From contig JBFIHX010000002.1 in NCBI GenBank assembly GCA_041601615.1, forward strand, positions 160,001-224,000: a stretch of 64,000 nucleotides of DNA. Reading direction: 5' to 3'. The position numbers and the translations under genes are program-made. The notes under the pieces are model-generated. The model was not told the DNA's origin, ran no database searches, and was given only the letters and a program-made list of their open reading frames with translations. Of the stretch, positions 20,302 to 30,785 are shown in pieces (position 1 is the stretch's first letter; every line of letters begins with the position of its first letter). The stretch comes from Thermoplasmatota archaeon (GTDB lineage Archaea > Thermoplasmatota > E2 > JACPAO01 > JAHFTW01).

Positions 20302-21618
20302 GTGCGCCTTCTCGTCGTGGCCCTGTTTCTGATTCTCCCACTTGCTGGGTGCCTGGATGCTGACTCTAGCGATCCGATCATGGACGAACCCGACCTTTTT
20401 GCTCGCAAACCCGCCCTTGCGTTTCGGGCAGTCGTGGACCTTGGAAGCAAAGCCGGCATCATGGACACCGGCGTTGGCGCCGTCGGGACCTCCTGCCAGG
20501 ACAGCGTGGATGACGGCGACTGCGGTCTCGGTGAACCGACCCTGGAAGTGGACGGCCGAGGCACGGTATACGTCAGCGGCGTCTGCTGCCTCACCGTGGC
20601 GCCCCCGGTCGTCGTAAGCCGCGACGGCGGCGCAACGTTCTCGCCTCTGTCCACGCCGGGTGTTCGCGAGGCATTCGGAATCGAGGGTGACTTTGCCGTG
20701 GACGCAGAGGGGCGCGTGTACTTCTCGGACATCGAAATGGCCGGCACGTTCCAGGTCACCGTCTGGGACAAGGATGGCGAGTACCTGCGACACACCAAGT
20801 GGCCTGCCCCCCCGCTCGTCGACCGCGACTGGGTGCGCGCCGAAGGCGACGGCACGGTCTACTACATCTACAACACCGGATTCTTTGGCACCCGCGTCTA
20901 CAAGAGCACAGACGCCGGCATGACCTGGAGCCCCGACGCCATCCACGTCGTCCCCTACGGCCTTGGCAACGTCGCAATTGACCCCGGACGCGAACTTTGC
21001 TTGTTTGGCGGCAACCTCGACGGCTTCCGACGCCTCGATTGCAGCCAAGACGGCGGGGCAACCTGGACCACCGAAACCAGCTCGCTCCCCGTGGGCGACG
21101 AGGCCTACCCCGTGGGCGCCTACGACGAAGCCGGCACCTTGCACCTTGCCGAGGCCGCAGGCGGACGCATCACCTACACACACCGCGACGCCAACGGATC
21201 CTGGGGCGAAGTGCAACAAATTGGCCCCGACGAAGGCCAACAACGCATGCCGTGGATCGCAGCCGGCGCCCCTGGCGCTGTGGCACTTGCTTGGTACGGC
21301 ACCAACGCCACCGACGGCAACGGCGACTGGTTCCTACATGCTGCAGCCAGCCGCAACGCCGACCAAACCGTGCCCGCCGCTCGCTGGGATACCGTCATCG
21401 CCGACCCCGAACCGGTCTTCCAGGGTGCACTTGGCCGCGACCTTCTCGACTTCCTGCAAGTAGAACTCGGCCCCGACGGAGCCATGCACATCGCCTACAG
21501 CAAGAACCGCCCCGGCCAAGGCCCCGACGGCAACGAGGAACAATTGCAGTACGTCCGCAGCGAAGCAAGCCCTCTAGCCGCCAGCCGGTACGCTTGGGGT
21601 CCTGTACCGGAAGCCTGA
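20302..21618 (+). CDS. BNR/sialidase-like beta-propeller lipoprotein
   Basis: Lipobox LAGC; Asp-boxes SRDGGATF, STDAGMTW, SQDGGATW. Confidence 0.8.
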   Translation: MRLLVVALFLILPLAGCLDADSSDPIMDEPDLFARKPALAFRAVVDLGSKAGIMDTGVGAVGTSCQDSVDDGDCGLGEPTLEVDGRGTVYVSGVCCLTVAPPVVVSRDGGATFSPLSTPGVREAFGIEGDFAVDAEGRVYFSDIEMAGTFQVTVWDKDGEYLRHTKWPAPPLVDRDWVRAEGDGTVYYIYNTGFFGTRVYKSTDAGMTWSPDAIHVVPYGLGNVAIDPGRELCLFGGNLDGFRRLDCSQDGGATWTTETSSLPVGDEAYPVGAYDEAGTLHLAEAAGGRITYTHRDANGSWGEVQQIGPDEGQQRMPWIAAGAPGAVALAWYGTNATDGNGDWFLHAAASRNADQTVPAARWDTVIADPEPVFQGALGRDLLDFLQVELGPDGAMHIAYSKNRPGQGPDGNEEQLQYVRSEASPLAASRYAWGPVPEA

Positions 21619-21644
21619 ATCGCAGCAGACCTTCCGCAAGCGAC

Positions 21645-21980
21645 ATGGCCGGACCGACACGGTGGAAACGGTTCGTCGCCTGGATGAACGACAAGCAACG
21701 CAACGACACGCTCGTGGATGCCTGGAGCTTCGTCCACTTGCTCACAGGCGTCGCGGCGGGTTGGGTCATGGACCCCTTCGTTGCACTCCTGCTGCTCGTC
21801 TTGTGGGAGCCCCTCGAAATCCTCGTCCTGTCGCCCGTCATCGAGCGCCTAGCAGGCATCAAATTCGGCTTCGAGACCCTCCGCAACAGCACAAGTGACA
21901 TTGTGTTTGATGCCGCTGGCGTGGCGCTTGGATATTGGGGGTTGCGGGCCGTGGTGGATGCGCCGTTTGCTTGGTTTTGA
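21645..21980 (+). CDS. small membrane protein (DUF2585-like)
   Basis: DAWSFVH, LWEPLE, ETLRNSTSDI motifs in a hydrophobic 111-aa ORF. Confidence 0.6.
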   Translation: MAGPTRWKRFVAWMNDKQRNDTLVDAWSFVHLLTGVAAGWVMDPFVALLLLVLWEPLEILVLSPVIERLAGIKFGFETLRNSTSDIVFDAAGVALGYWGLRAVVDAPFAWF

Positions 21981-22136
21981 CGGCGCCGAGGGTTCGGGTG
22001 GCCGAGGCGTAGCCGAGTGCCGCCCAAAATGGTCGAACTTTTTGAAGGTCGAGCGAAATCGTGTTTGATGCCGCTGGCGTGGCGCTTGGATATTGGGGGT
22101 TGCGGGCCGTGGTGGATGCGCCGTTTGCTTGGTTTT
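21903..22136 (+). repeat. 76-bp perfect direct repeat (21903-21978 and 22061-22136) with an 82-bp spacer
   Basis: GTGTTTGATGCCGCTGGC…GCTTGGTTTT occurs twice; copy 1 is the 3' end of the upstream gene. Confidence 0.95.
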
Positions 22137-22185
22137 AGCAGGCCCCCGTCGCCAACTTGAAACCCGTGAAGCGGATGGGTGCTCT

Positions 22186-22947
22186 ATGTCCAGGCAGCTT
22201 GGAATCGTGGCCGGAGTTGCCGCTGGAATCCCCGCGTCCCTCGCCGCGATTCTGATGGCGGCAGAACGCGGTGCGTTTTTTTCCCAGACCAGCCTAGGAC
22301 AGGAATTGATACAGGGGACGTTGGCGCTCGTGTTGGCGCCTTTGATGTTGGGAGCCTCGGTGGGACTTGCGTGGGGGCATCCGGTGCCGAAGTGGCGACA
22401 TGGCCTGCCGGTCCTAGCCGGGGTGTTTGCCGGAATGCTCGTGCTGGGATTGAGCAACTTCGGCCCGGCGCTCGTGTCAGGAGACGGCGAGGGTAATTTC
22501 GACGCGGCTCCCGCGGCCTATGGGGTCATGGCGTTGTTCTTGGCGACACTTGCGCTTGGACGCTGGTGGCCCACGGACGGGTCGGCAGCGCCGTTGGTTG
22601 GGCTTTCCACGCTTACGGTCGCCTCCGTTGTGTGGACGGATCACGCTTTGTTCAAGGATACGAGCACGCCGGGAGTCTGGTGGCTGATTCTCGCGGTGGC
22701 GGCGGTGGCCGTTTTTGCGTCGCCTTGGGTGCGGTCTCGGCTCGGGGTGCGTTCGCTCCTGGTGGGTGTTGTGCTCGCGGCGATTGCTCTGGTGGGCGTG
22801 GTCGCGACCTCCTGGTATGCCACTTGGACTTCGGACTCCATCGCGCCTTTCATGCTCCTGGCGGGCACCGTCGTTCTGGTTCCGGCTGCCGTGGTGCTCT
22901 TGGATCTGTGGCTCGCGGCACGGGAGCTCCGCGTGGCGGCCGGCTAG
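22186..22947 (+). CDS. polytopic membrane protein of unknown function
   Basis: About 8 hydrophobic segments; ATG at 22186. Confidence 0.6.
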   Translation: MSRQLGIVAGVAAGIPASLAAILMAAERGAFFSQTSLGQELIQGTLALVLAPLMLGASVGLAWGHPVPKWRHGLPVLAGVFAGMLVLGLSNFGPALVSGDGEGNFDAAPAAYGVMALFLATLALGRWWPTDGSAAPLVGLSTLTVASVVWTDHALFKDTSTPGVWWLILAVAAVAVFASPWVRSRLGVRSLLVGVVLAAIALVGVVATSWYATWTSDSIAPFMLLAGTVVLVPAAVVLLDLWLAARELRVAAG

Positions 22948-23026
22948 ACCCGCTGGTTGGGCACAGAGTTTCGACACCTCGAATCGGTTCGATTCAACAA
23001 CCCCGCCCGCCTCCTTGCTTCTGCCC

Positions 23027-23965
23027 GTGAACATCCACACCGAGCACGCTCGCCCGCAACAGCGCCACCAGCACTACGGGCGCAACCTGCTCGTGGCTCT
23101 ATTGGCCAGCGGCAGCGTGTTGATCGTGGAGGTCTGGGCAAGCATCCGAACCGGCAGCCTGGCGCTCCTGTCCGACGCTGGGCACCTGCTCATTGACTTA
23201 TCGGGCCTGGTGCTTGCGTACTTTGCCCTGCGCTGGGCCAGCCGCCCCGCAACTCCGCAAGCAACGTATGGATTCTACCGCGCCGAGGTTCTGGCAGCCG
23301 GAATCAACGGGGTGCTCCTCGTGGGCATTGTGTTGTTTTTGGTGTACCGTGCCTTCGAGCGACTGCGCGATCCGCTGCCGGAGCTCGACACCAGCCTCGT
23401 GTTGATCGTGGCGCTCATTGGCTTGGCCGCGAATATCATTGCAGCCCTGATGCTGCACCGTGACGCCCAAGAGAACATCAACACGCGTGGTGCCTACTGG
23501 AACGTCCTTGGCGACGCCGTGGCAAGTGTCGGCGTGGTGTTCTCGGCGCTGCTTGTTCGCTGGACCGGGAACTCCTCCTGGGACACCTACGTTACCTTCC
23601 TCGTTGCGGCCATCATTGCGTACGGCGCCTTGGGGTTGCTGCGGGCCAGCGCCTCCATTTTGCTCGAAACCGCACCGCCCCACCTGGACATGGCGGACGT
23701 AAAACGCGCCGTCGAGGGGCTTGGCGACGTGGTGAACGTGCACGATTTGCACTGTTGGACCCTGACGCCGGGCCAGTACAGCCTCACCATGCATGTCAGC
23801 ATCGCAGCCGCAGCGGTGCCTCGCTTCCACCACGTCATCCATGACATTGAGGAATTGTTGCTGGAGCGATTCGAGCTAGACCACTGTACCATTCAAGTGG
23901 AGCCCGAGGGAGCGGACCCGGAAAGCGACCGGTTTGATCCGGTGCACGGCGAATTGCCGCTGTAG
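23027..23965 (+). CDS. cation diffusion facilitator (CzcD/ZitB-like)
   Basis: SLALLSDAGH, TYGFYRAEVLAA, NVLGD, VHDLHCWTL, HCTIQVE. Confidence 0.92.
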   Translation: MNIHTEHARPQQRHQHYGRNLLVALLASGSVLIVEVWASIRTGSLALLSDAGHLLIDLSGLVLAYFALRWASRPATPQATYGFYRAEVLAAGINGVLLVGIVLFLVYRAFERLRDPLPELDTSLVLIVALIGLAANIIAALMLHRDAQENINTRGAYWNVLGDAVASVGVVFSALLVRWTGNSSWDTYVTFLVAAIIAYGALGLLRASASILLETAPPHLDMADVKRAVEGLGDVVNVHDLHCWTLTPGQYSLTMHVSIAAAAVPRFHHVIHDIEELLLERFELDHCTIQVEPEGADPESDRFDPVHGELPL

Positions 23966-23988
23966 GGGCAAGCGCGTCGAGAGGCAGC

Positions 23989-24240
23989 TTAGGCGTCGTC
24001 GATGGCAATCATGCCGTCCCGCTCAGCCGCCTCTTCTGCGGCCAAAGTGTCGGGCTGCAGCACACTCATGGGGACCGGAGCCAGCGTCACGATGATGCCG
24101 AGCACGATCAATGCGAGGCCAAGCCAGACCCGTCCGAAATCAAAGAGGTTGATGGAGCCCGCTGCGAACGTGAAGATGCCGCCAATCTTGGCAAACAAGG
24201 TCAGGCGCTTGTAGTCCGTCTCGGAGAGCACCAGGGGCAT
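23989..24240 (-). CDS. small membrane protein
   Basis: 83 aa, two TM helices, host-like codon usage. Confidence 0.55.
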   Translation of the reverse strand: MPLVLSETDYKRLTLFAKIGGIFTFAAGSINLFDFGRVWLGLALIVLGIIVTLAPVPMSVLQPDTLAAEEAAERDGMIAIDDA

Positions 24241-24465
24241 GAATCGTTCGACGGGGCCGTCCTATTTGGTCGTTGGTGCAGGCCCGGCGTCCAAGTCCAC
24301 CTAGCTCCCGACCATGGCCTGCACATCGGTGGCCTGCGAAGGCGGGACCTCGTAGTCGTGCGGGGTCTGGGGCGGGCCGCCAAATACGAACGGCAAGACG
24401 AACGGCGCGATGCGGGGGCCGGGGGGTCGCATACAACGTGCTTTGGCGCCAGCAAACCACCTACG

Positions 24466-25035
24466 TTATGGTGGATTTCTGGAACGGTCCCTCGATACCC
24501 ACCACGCAACCCCCAGGAGCGCGGACGCGGCGAGCGCGAACCACCAACCGGCAGCCGGATAGAAGGTCGCCGTTGCTGTGGCGCCCTCGGCAAGCCCCGA
24601 GTAGCTGCGCCCGCCCCAGAAGGGCAAGTCCGTAGGCCAAAACCACGCGGACGCGACGGCGAGGGCCACCATTCCGGATTGGATGCAAAGGTCACGGCGC
24701 CAAAGTCGAGGCTCGTAGGCGTGGCTGCGGCCGGCGATGCGCACGAACAGCCACATCGCGGCGCCGGATGCAACCACGGACGTCACCCAGATTGCAGCGG
24801 CGTGGGTGCCATCGTCGGCGTTGCCAAGGCCAAAGGGCCGAGCGTAGAAATCGTAGCCAAACCCGGTCGATTCCTCGTAGCTAGCGTGCCACCACGGAAG
24901 CCAAAGGGCAGTCAAAAGCAGAAGGAACGCGGCGATGGCCACGGCGCGGGAGCGGCGAAGCGGCGCGGGGACGGACTCTTCGGGCCATTCCTTTCCGCTT
25001 CCAGGCACGAGGGGCGCGACGGATGCCGCGTGCAT
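24466..25035 (-). CDS. membrane protein of unknown function
   Basis: Four hydrophobic helices, LPWW and P.AGWW motifs; start uncertain. Confidence 0.55.
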   Translation of the reverse strand: MHAASVAPLVPGSGKEWPEESVPAPLRRSRAVAIAAFLLLLTALWLPWWHASYEESTGFGYDFYARPFGLGNADDGTHAAAIWVTSVVASGAAMWLFVRIAGRSHAYEPRLWRRDLCIQSGMVALAVASAWFWPTDLPFWGGRSYSGLAEGATATATFYPAAGWWFALAASALLGVAWWVSRDRSRNPP

Positions 25036-25109
25036 GAGCGTGGCGGTCGAGGCCAGGACTCCAACAATCCTCAAGGACCCCCACGGCTCGTGCGGCCCAC
25101 GGAGCCCCC

Positions 25110-25757
25110 ATGGACCCCCTCCAGCACGCCCCGAACCCGGCCCACCACGAGCACTTGCTTGCGGCCCGCCGCGTGCTGGAATTGCCCATTGAAGTCAGTC
25201 GCTTGCACTGGCATCCGTTCGGCCTGTACACGATTCCCCTGGCCAAGCGACGGGAGGACGAAACCGATGGAGGGCGAATCTGGTCCCGCCGCCTCCACAT
25301 TTGGCATCCCTTGGCGACCCCCGTTGGTGAAGCGAGCCCCTACGGCGTCCACACGCACACCGGCACCGCCGCGAGCCACGTCCTTGTCGGCACCCTGCAC
25401 CACCACTTGTACGACTTCGAGCCCGACGCGGACGGAATCTGGCAACGAGCCGCGCTCGGCGTCCCCGAGGGTCGAGCAACGCTGCGGGGCCATCTTCAGG
25501 CGCCCACGGTGGCAGGCCAGACCCACACCTTGCCCGCGCACCAGCCGCACGGCGTGAGCAAACCGCCCGGGTTCGCCATGAGTCTCTTTGAGCAACTAGA
25601 CGAACCCAAAAATCCCGGGCACGCAGCCGAATTTACGACGTGGCAACGAACGGACGTGCCGGCCGAGCCCTTGCTCAAAACCGGTCCCGTGCCCCTCGCC
25701 GCCGTGCAAAGGGAAGCATTGCTCGTAGTGGACGCCGCCATTGCCACCCTTGCCTAG
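25110..25757 (+). CDS. cupin-like hypothetical protein
   Basis: RLHIWHP, GVHTHTG…SHVLVG.L, HQPHGV: His pattern of a cupin metal site. Confidence 0.55.
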   Translation: MDPLQHAPNPAHHEHLLAARRVLELPIEVSRLHWHPFGLYTIPLAKRREDETDGGRIWSRRLHIWHPLATPVGEASPYGVHTHTGTAASHVLVGTLHHHLYDFEPDADGIWQRAALGVPEGRATLRGHLQAPTVAGQTHTLPAHQPHGVSKPPGFAMSLFEQLDEPKNPGHAAEFTTWQRTDVPAEPLLKTGPVPLAAVQREALLVVDAAIATLA

Positions 25758-25828
25758 GCAACGCCGGCAGCCAAATTGCACCGGCGAACGCGGCAATCCT
25801 TTTGATGCAGAGAGCCGACCGCGAATCC

Positions 25829-27265
25829 ATGCGCCTGGACGTTTCCACCTGGGTTGCCGCGCTCATGACGCTCGCCGTCGTGTTCTCCGGTTGCCTCCAA
25901 GATGTTGAAGAAAACCCCGACAAGCTCAACGTGGGCAACACAACAAAGCTCGCCCACACAATACCCGTCGAAGTGCTCAACTCCATTGGCCTCAACGAAT
26001 CCATCGTCACCGCAGCCATTGGCTACGCCAGCGACTTGTATGAGCCAACCATGGAAGTGTCCGACAGCGGCGTCATCTACGTCACCGGCCACACCATCGG
26101 CGCAGACACCACCGGCGCCCCCGTGTTCTTCAGCAAGGACGACGGCGCCACCTGGGCCCAACTGCCCTTCCTACTCACCGCCACGATGCCCGCCGACATG
26201 CACGGCGCCACCCCCCCGCCCAGCGACGAAATCTTCCTCGTAGCCGGCGACAATGGCCAACTCTGGGGCGTCGACATCACCCTTCTGACCTTCCCCGTCA
26301 ACGGCTGGTGCAACAACGGCGGCGACCACTGCTACCACAACCCCAACGCCTACGACCCAGCCCAAGCCATGACCAGCCGCGCCGACGCCGTAGCCGGTGA
26401 ATCCAGCTCGTGCAGCCTTCTGAATCTCAACGACCGGCCCTGGGCCGCGTACGGCAACGGCAAACTGCTGATGGTCAACAACCCCGGCGGCGGACCCGTG
26501 CAAGTAGGTATCATGGACGTACCCCCCGCCAACCTCGTCGGCGGCCCCACCGTCGGCCCTACGGGAGCCACCTGGAACCTCTGCGCCGGCGCCGGCGGCG
26601 GAGCCATCCCCGGCATCCCCGACATGCGCGACGACCACTTCTTTGCCGTGCCGCAAGTACAACGAGATCAACTGGTCATCGTCAAGGGACACGACGGCGA
26701 CGTCATGAACGTGCAACAAGTCCACGTCCTCAACAACACCAACACCGGCGGCGGCACCAGCAACTACGGCCAAGTGGTCTTCGACGCCGACGGCACCATG
26801 TTCCTCGGCATCCGCAACAACACCAAAGAAAACAGCCTAGGCGAACGCACCGGCCAACTCCAACTCGCCGTCAGCACCGACGACGGTGAAAGCTTCGTCA
26901 CCCGCACCCTGGTCATCGGCACCCCCACCACCAGCATCTACCTCGACGGCAACATGAACGGCCCCGGAGCCCTGCTCACCTGGGCCCAAGAAGGCGAAAC
27001 CCGAACCGACTGGTACGTGGCCCACCTCGCGCTTGGCCCCAACGGCGAACCGCAAGTGTCCAACGTCAGCCTCGTCGTCGATGAAGGCCCCGCGCCCTCG
27101 GCACACGTCCAAGGCGCCGCCCTCGGCCCCGACGGTCGCGCCCACATCGTGACCTTCCACGGCGGCTACGGCCCCCTCGACCGCGCCACCCCGCTGCACG
27201 TCTGGAGCCAATCCAGCGGCCCCACCCTGCCCGTGGCCGCCGTTGCAGCCGACACGGTCGCCTAG
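25829..27265 (+). CDS. BNR/sialidase-like beta-propeller lipoprotein
   Basis: Lipobox FSGC; EPT motif, Asp-boxes SKDDGATW and STDDGESF, DRPW. Confidence 0.8.
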   Translation: MRLDVSTWVAALMTLAVVFSGCLQDVEENPDKLNVGNTTKLAHTIPVEVLNSIGLNESIVTAAIGYASDLYEPTMEVSDSGVIYVTGHTIGADTTGAPVFFSKDDGATWAQLPFLLTATMPADMHGATPPPSDEIFLVAGDNGQLWGVDITLLTFPVNGWCNNGGDHCYHNPNAYDPAQAMTSRADAVAGESSSCSLLNLNDRPWAAYGNGKLLMVNNPGGGPVQVGIMDVPPANLVGGPTVGPTGATWNLCAGAGGGAIPGIPDMRDDHFFAVPQVQRDQLVIVKGHDGDVMNVQQVHVLNNTNTGGGTSNYGQVVFDADGTMFLGIRNNTKENSLGERTGQLQLAVSTDDGESFVTRTLVIGTPTTSIYLDGNMNGPGALLTWAQEGETRTDWYVAHLALGPNGEPQVSNVSLVVDEGPAPSAHVQGAALGPDGRAHIVTFHGGYGPLDRATPLHVWSQSSGPTLPVAAVAADTVA

Positions 27266-27434
27266 CATCGCATAGCCAAGCTTTGCCCTCTCCCCTCTTT
27301 CCTATCCCTCGTGCCTACTCCTTCGCTCTGTTCCTCGCCTGCCGCCTCCGTCCATTGCTTTGCTTGCGGCCTATGGCTCAAATGCTCTCGACCCTCTGCC
27401 CGCACAGGGCCCATGGTCCTACAGCCGGTGCTCC

Positions 27435-28409
27435 ATGACCTACGCCATTGAAACCAACCAATTGACCAAACGATACGGCGAAACCGCCGCCCTCGACGGC
27501 ATCGACCTTCGTATCCCCAAAGGCACCGTCTACGGCTTGCTCGGCCCCAACGGAGCCGGAAAAACCACCACCATCCGCGTGCTTGCCACGCTTGCCAAAC
27601 CAACCTCCGGCAGTGCCACCGTCCTCGGCCTCGACGTAGTGCGCGACGCCGCCGCCGTACGCCAAAAAGTCAGCCTCACCGGACAATACGCCTCCGTAGA
27701 CGAGGAACTCAACGGCCACGAAAACCTCGTACTCGTCGGACGATTGCTCGGACTCCCATGGAAAGCCGCCCGCCGCCGCGCCACTGAACTTCTTGACGCA
27801 TTCGGACTCGCGGACGCCGCCAAACGCCAAGTGCGCACCTACTCCGGCGGCATGCGACGCCGCATCGACATCGCCGCCAGCCTCGTCAGCACACCTGAGA
27901 TCCTATTCTTGGACGAGCCCACCACCGGCCTCGACCCGCGCAGCCGCAACCAAGTCTGGGACATCATCCGACACATCGCAGGCCAAGGAACCACTGTACT
28001 CCTGACCACGCAATACCTCGAAGAAGCCGACCGCCTCGCCGACCGCATGGCCGTCATCGACCACGGCCGCGTCATCGCCGAAGGCACCAGCCGCGAACTC
28101 AAAGCCTCCGTCGGCGCCAACGCCATGCACATCCACCTCACGGACCCCCAACAACGCGAAACAGCACACGGAGTCGTCACCAAACTCCTAGGCGACGGCG
28201 TCCTGCCCGCCACCGAGGCCAGCATCCTCACCGTACAACTTTCCAGCGTCGCAGACGCCTCCAAAGTCCTGGCAAACCTCCACAAAGCAAAGATCGGAAT
28301 CACCGAATTTTCCCTCGGAAGCCCCAGCCTAGACGACGTGTTTTTCGCACTCACCGGCAAACCCGCAGAACCCAAAGCCGACGCGGGAACCTTGGAGGTC
28401 ACTGCATGA
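27435..28409 (+). CDS. DrrA-family ABC transporter ATP-binding protein
   Basis: [44 protein letters not shown]. Confidence 0.93.
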   Translation: MTYAIETNQLTKRYGETAALDGIDLRIPKGTVYGLLGPNGAGKTTTIRVLATLAKPTSGSATVLGLDVVRDAAAVRQKVSLTGQYASVDEELNGHENLVLVGRLLGLPWKAARRRATELLDAFGLADAAKRQVRTYSGGMRRRIDIAASLVSTPEILFLDEPTTGLDPRSRNQVWDIIRHIAGQGTTVLLTTQYLEEADRLADRMAVIDHGRVIAEGTSRELKASVGANAMHIHLTDPQQRETAHGVVTKLLGDGVLPATEASILTVQLSSVADASKVLANLHKAKIGITEFSLGSPSLDDVFFALTGKPAEPKADAGTLEVTA

Positions 28410-29233
28410 GCGCCGACAACCTCGCCGACGGCGAAGGACTTCGCCGGGTGCTTTCCAATCAAGCCCGCCCGCAACCCGCCAGCGCACTGGCCGCAACCAC
28501 CACCCTCGCCTGGCGCGCCATGCTCAAAATCAAGCACGTGCCGTTCCAGCTCTTCGACGTGACCGTCATGCCAATCATGTTCACGCTGCTGTTTACGTTC
28601 ATGTTCGGCGGAGCACTGGCCGGATCACCACGAGAATACCTCCAGTACCTCTTGCCCGGCATCCTCGTGCAGACCATCCTGTTCATCACGGTCTACACCG
28701 GCGTCGGCCTCAACACGGACATCCAAAAAGGCCTCTTTGATCGCTTCCGCACCCTCCCCATGTGGCAACCGGCCCCCATCCTCGGCGCCCTCGCAGGCGA
28801 CCTATTTCGCTACACCGTCGCGTCCGCCGTCATCCTCGCCGTCGGTTTCATCCTCGGCTTCCGACCCGACGGCGGCTTCCTCGGCGTGCTCGCCGCCTTC
28901 GGCCTCGTATTGGTGTTCGCGCTGGCGCTCTCGTGGATTTGGATCATCTTCGGCATGAAGGTCAAAACGCCCGAATCGGTCATGACCACGAGCTTCATTT
29001 TCCTCATGCCGCTGACCTTCGCCAGCAACATCTTCGTCGGCCTCGAAACCATGCCCGGCTGGTTGCGCACGGTCGTCGGCAACAACCCCGTCACCCATCT
29101 TGCCAGCGCATCCCGGGCCCTCATGCATGGAGAACCGGCCGGCATCGAAGTGCTCTGGGTGCTCGGAACCTCCGCCGCATTCGTGCTCGTGGCGGCCCCC
29201 GTGGCGATGCGCATGTACCACAAGGAGCGGTAG
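28406..29233 (+). CDS. DrrB-family ABC-2 permease
   Basis: ATGA overlap; YLLPGI, DRFRTLP, MPGWL…NPVTH. Confidence 0.92.
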   Translation: MSADNLADGEGLRRVLSNQARPQPASALAATTTLAWRAMLKIKHVPFQLFDVTVMPIMFTLLFTFMFGGALAGSPREYLQYLLPGILVQTILFITVYTGVGLNTDIQKGLFDRFRTLPMWQPAPILGALAGDLFRYTVASAVILAVGFILGFRPDGGFLGVLAAFGLVLVFALALSWIWIIFGMKVKTPESVMTTSFIFLMPLTFASNIFVGLETMPGWLRTVVGNNPVTHLASASRALMHGEPAGIEVLWVLGTSAAFVLVAAPVAMRMYHKER

Positions 29234-29245
29234 GGGCAGAAGGAA

Positions 29246-30496
29246 TCAGCTCGCTCGCAATTCCGCAGGCGTGCCCAGAATCTCCACGTCGTTGCCTGTC
29301 AGCCGGAACACGATGCTTGCTTCATTGTCGCTGGTGTCCGATTCCACGAGTGTGCCATCGGGGTCGGCAACATTGACCAATTCATAGACGCCGTCGGGAA
29401 CGCCCGCCATGTCCACATATTGGTCTGCTAGGTAGTATCCATACAAGTCGTACCACCCAGCACTGACTCCCATGCGCGGCTCAATGGTCGCCAGGACGAT
29501 TTCCACCGGGAGCGGCAGCTCGCCATCTAGGCACTTGTAGCCCCCTGCCGAAGTGCCAAGGCTGCCCGGTTGGGCTAGGCCCCAATCCTCGAAGCAGAAC
29601 CCCGTCTTGCGGCCGGAGTTCACGGCCTCGCCGCGGGACAAGGTATCCAAGTCGTAGCCGTACACGGTGGCTCCGAGGGCGCCTTCGTAATGGAAATGGC
29701 TGTGAAACGGGTGGAACCGGGCAGGAGCCGCGGGAACCTCTCGTTCTCCATTTGCCGTTTGGATGACCTGGATCCATTGCCGTTGTGCGTTGGTCTCGTC
29801 GTTCAAATGCGCCACGAGGTCGCCTGCACCCGTGTTCGTAAAGCCACTCGAAAAGCGCAAGCAACGGCGCGAGCCTTGCTCCACGAACTCCTCGGCAAGG
29901 CAACCGCTGCCCAGCACGGGCCCCAGCGGGACGAACAGGTCGTCAAAGATTTCCAAGTGCGCCGGCACTAAGGCCCCCAGATTGGGCAACAAATCGTCGG
30001 AAGCATCCGGAACCGGGGCAGTCTCCAGTTGCACAACCACCTCAAATGGAACATCCTCCGATAGCTCTGGTGCGGCTTGGATGCGCAATTCGTAGGAACC
30101 CGACTGCGCCGTCTTCATGAGGGAGACGCTGGAGTAGTACAAGTCCGTCGCAGAAGCAACTTGGATGGCCTCTCCGGCTCGGTGCAAGGACGAAGTGTAC
30201 GCATGCCGGATGGAACCATACGGACGGTAGTCCCAAGTGACGCTCGCCTCCAAATTCAAATCGCTGCCCTCGGGAACGGACACCTGGAATTGGTACACGG
30301 GGCACGCCGAGGTGCATTGGCCAAGCCAGCGCAAAGGCTCCGTGCCGGTGGTGGCCGCCGCACTTGCCAAAGCGTCCTGAGGCGACGTTGCCAATCGAGG
30401 AACGTTGTTGGACAAAAGATCATCTTGGCCCGGTTCAGAACCGCCAAGACAACCGCCCAAGGACATAAACAGAAGCAGAACGAGCACTACCCGCAT
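29246..30496 (-). CDS. lysyl oxidase-domain lipoprotein (second paralog)
   Basis: ATG at 30496, lipobox LGGC; HPFHSHFH, GRKTGFC, GWYDLY, DPDGTLVESDTSDN. Confidence 0.85.
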   Translation of the reverse strand: MRVVLVLLLFMSLGGCLGGSEPGQDDLLSNNVPRLATSPQDALASAAATTGTEPLRWLGQCTSACPVYQFQVSVPEGSDLNLEASVTWDYRPYGSIRHAYTSSLHRAGEAIQVASATDLYYSSVSLMKTAQSGSYELRIQAAPELSEDVPFEVVVQLETAPVPDASDDLLPNLGALVPAHLEIFDDLFVPLGPVLGSGCLAEEFVEQGSRRCLRFSSGFTNTGAGDLVAHLNDETNAQRQWIQVIQTANGEREVPAAPARFHPFHSHFHYEGALGATVYGYDLDTLSRGEAVNSGRKTGFCFEDWGLAQPGSLGTSAGGYKCLDGELPLPVEIVLATIEPRMGVSAGWYDLYGYYLADQYVDMAGVPDGVYELVNVADPDGTLVESDTSDNEASIVFRLTGNDVEILGTPAELRAS

Positions 30497-30590
30497 ACGT
30501 TGGGCAAGAATGAGGGGTGGAAAAGGGATGCTGGGTAGTAGGTGCCGGAGCTGGCAGAGAAACATCGCGTTGCTCGGCTTCTCTACCGCC

Positions 30591-30679
30591 CCCCAAGCGC
30601 CTGTCGGCGCTCGGGGTCCGCTCGGCCTGCGGCCTCGCTGCGTTGAAGAAACTTCGCTGCGCTCAGCATCTTCAACGCA
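30591..30679. repeat. cluster of three adjacent hairpins (REP-like)
   Basis: AGCGCC/GGCGCT; GGCC-TGC-GGCC; TGCGTTGAAGA (30639-49)/TCTTCAACGCA (30669-79). Confidence 0.7.
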
Positions 30680-30785
30680 CTTTGTAATCGGTCCAATGGT
30701 CAGTACGTAGAACACACATAGAACACGGGTTCTCGCTCGGCAAGGGGTGCAAACGCGAGTGGGACTTAGGGGAATGCCCGCACGG

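Noticed and set aside
21903-22136. Diversity-generating retroelement VR/TR pair (gene 3' end, hairpin, second copy)
   Set aside because: The copies are identical with no adenine-specific mismatches, and no reverse transcriptase is in the window.
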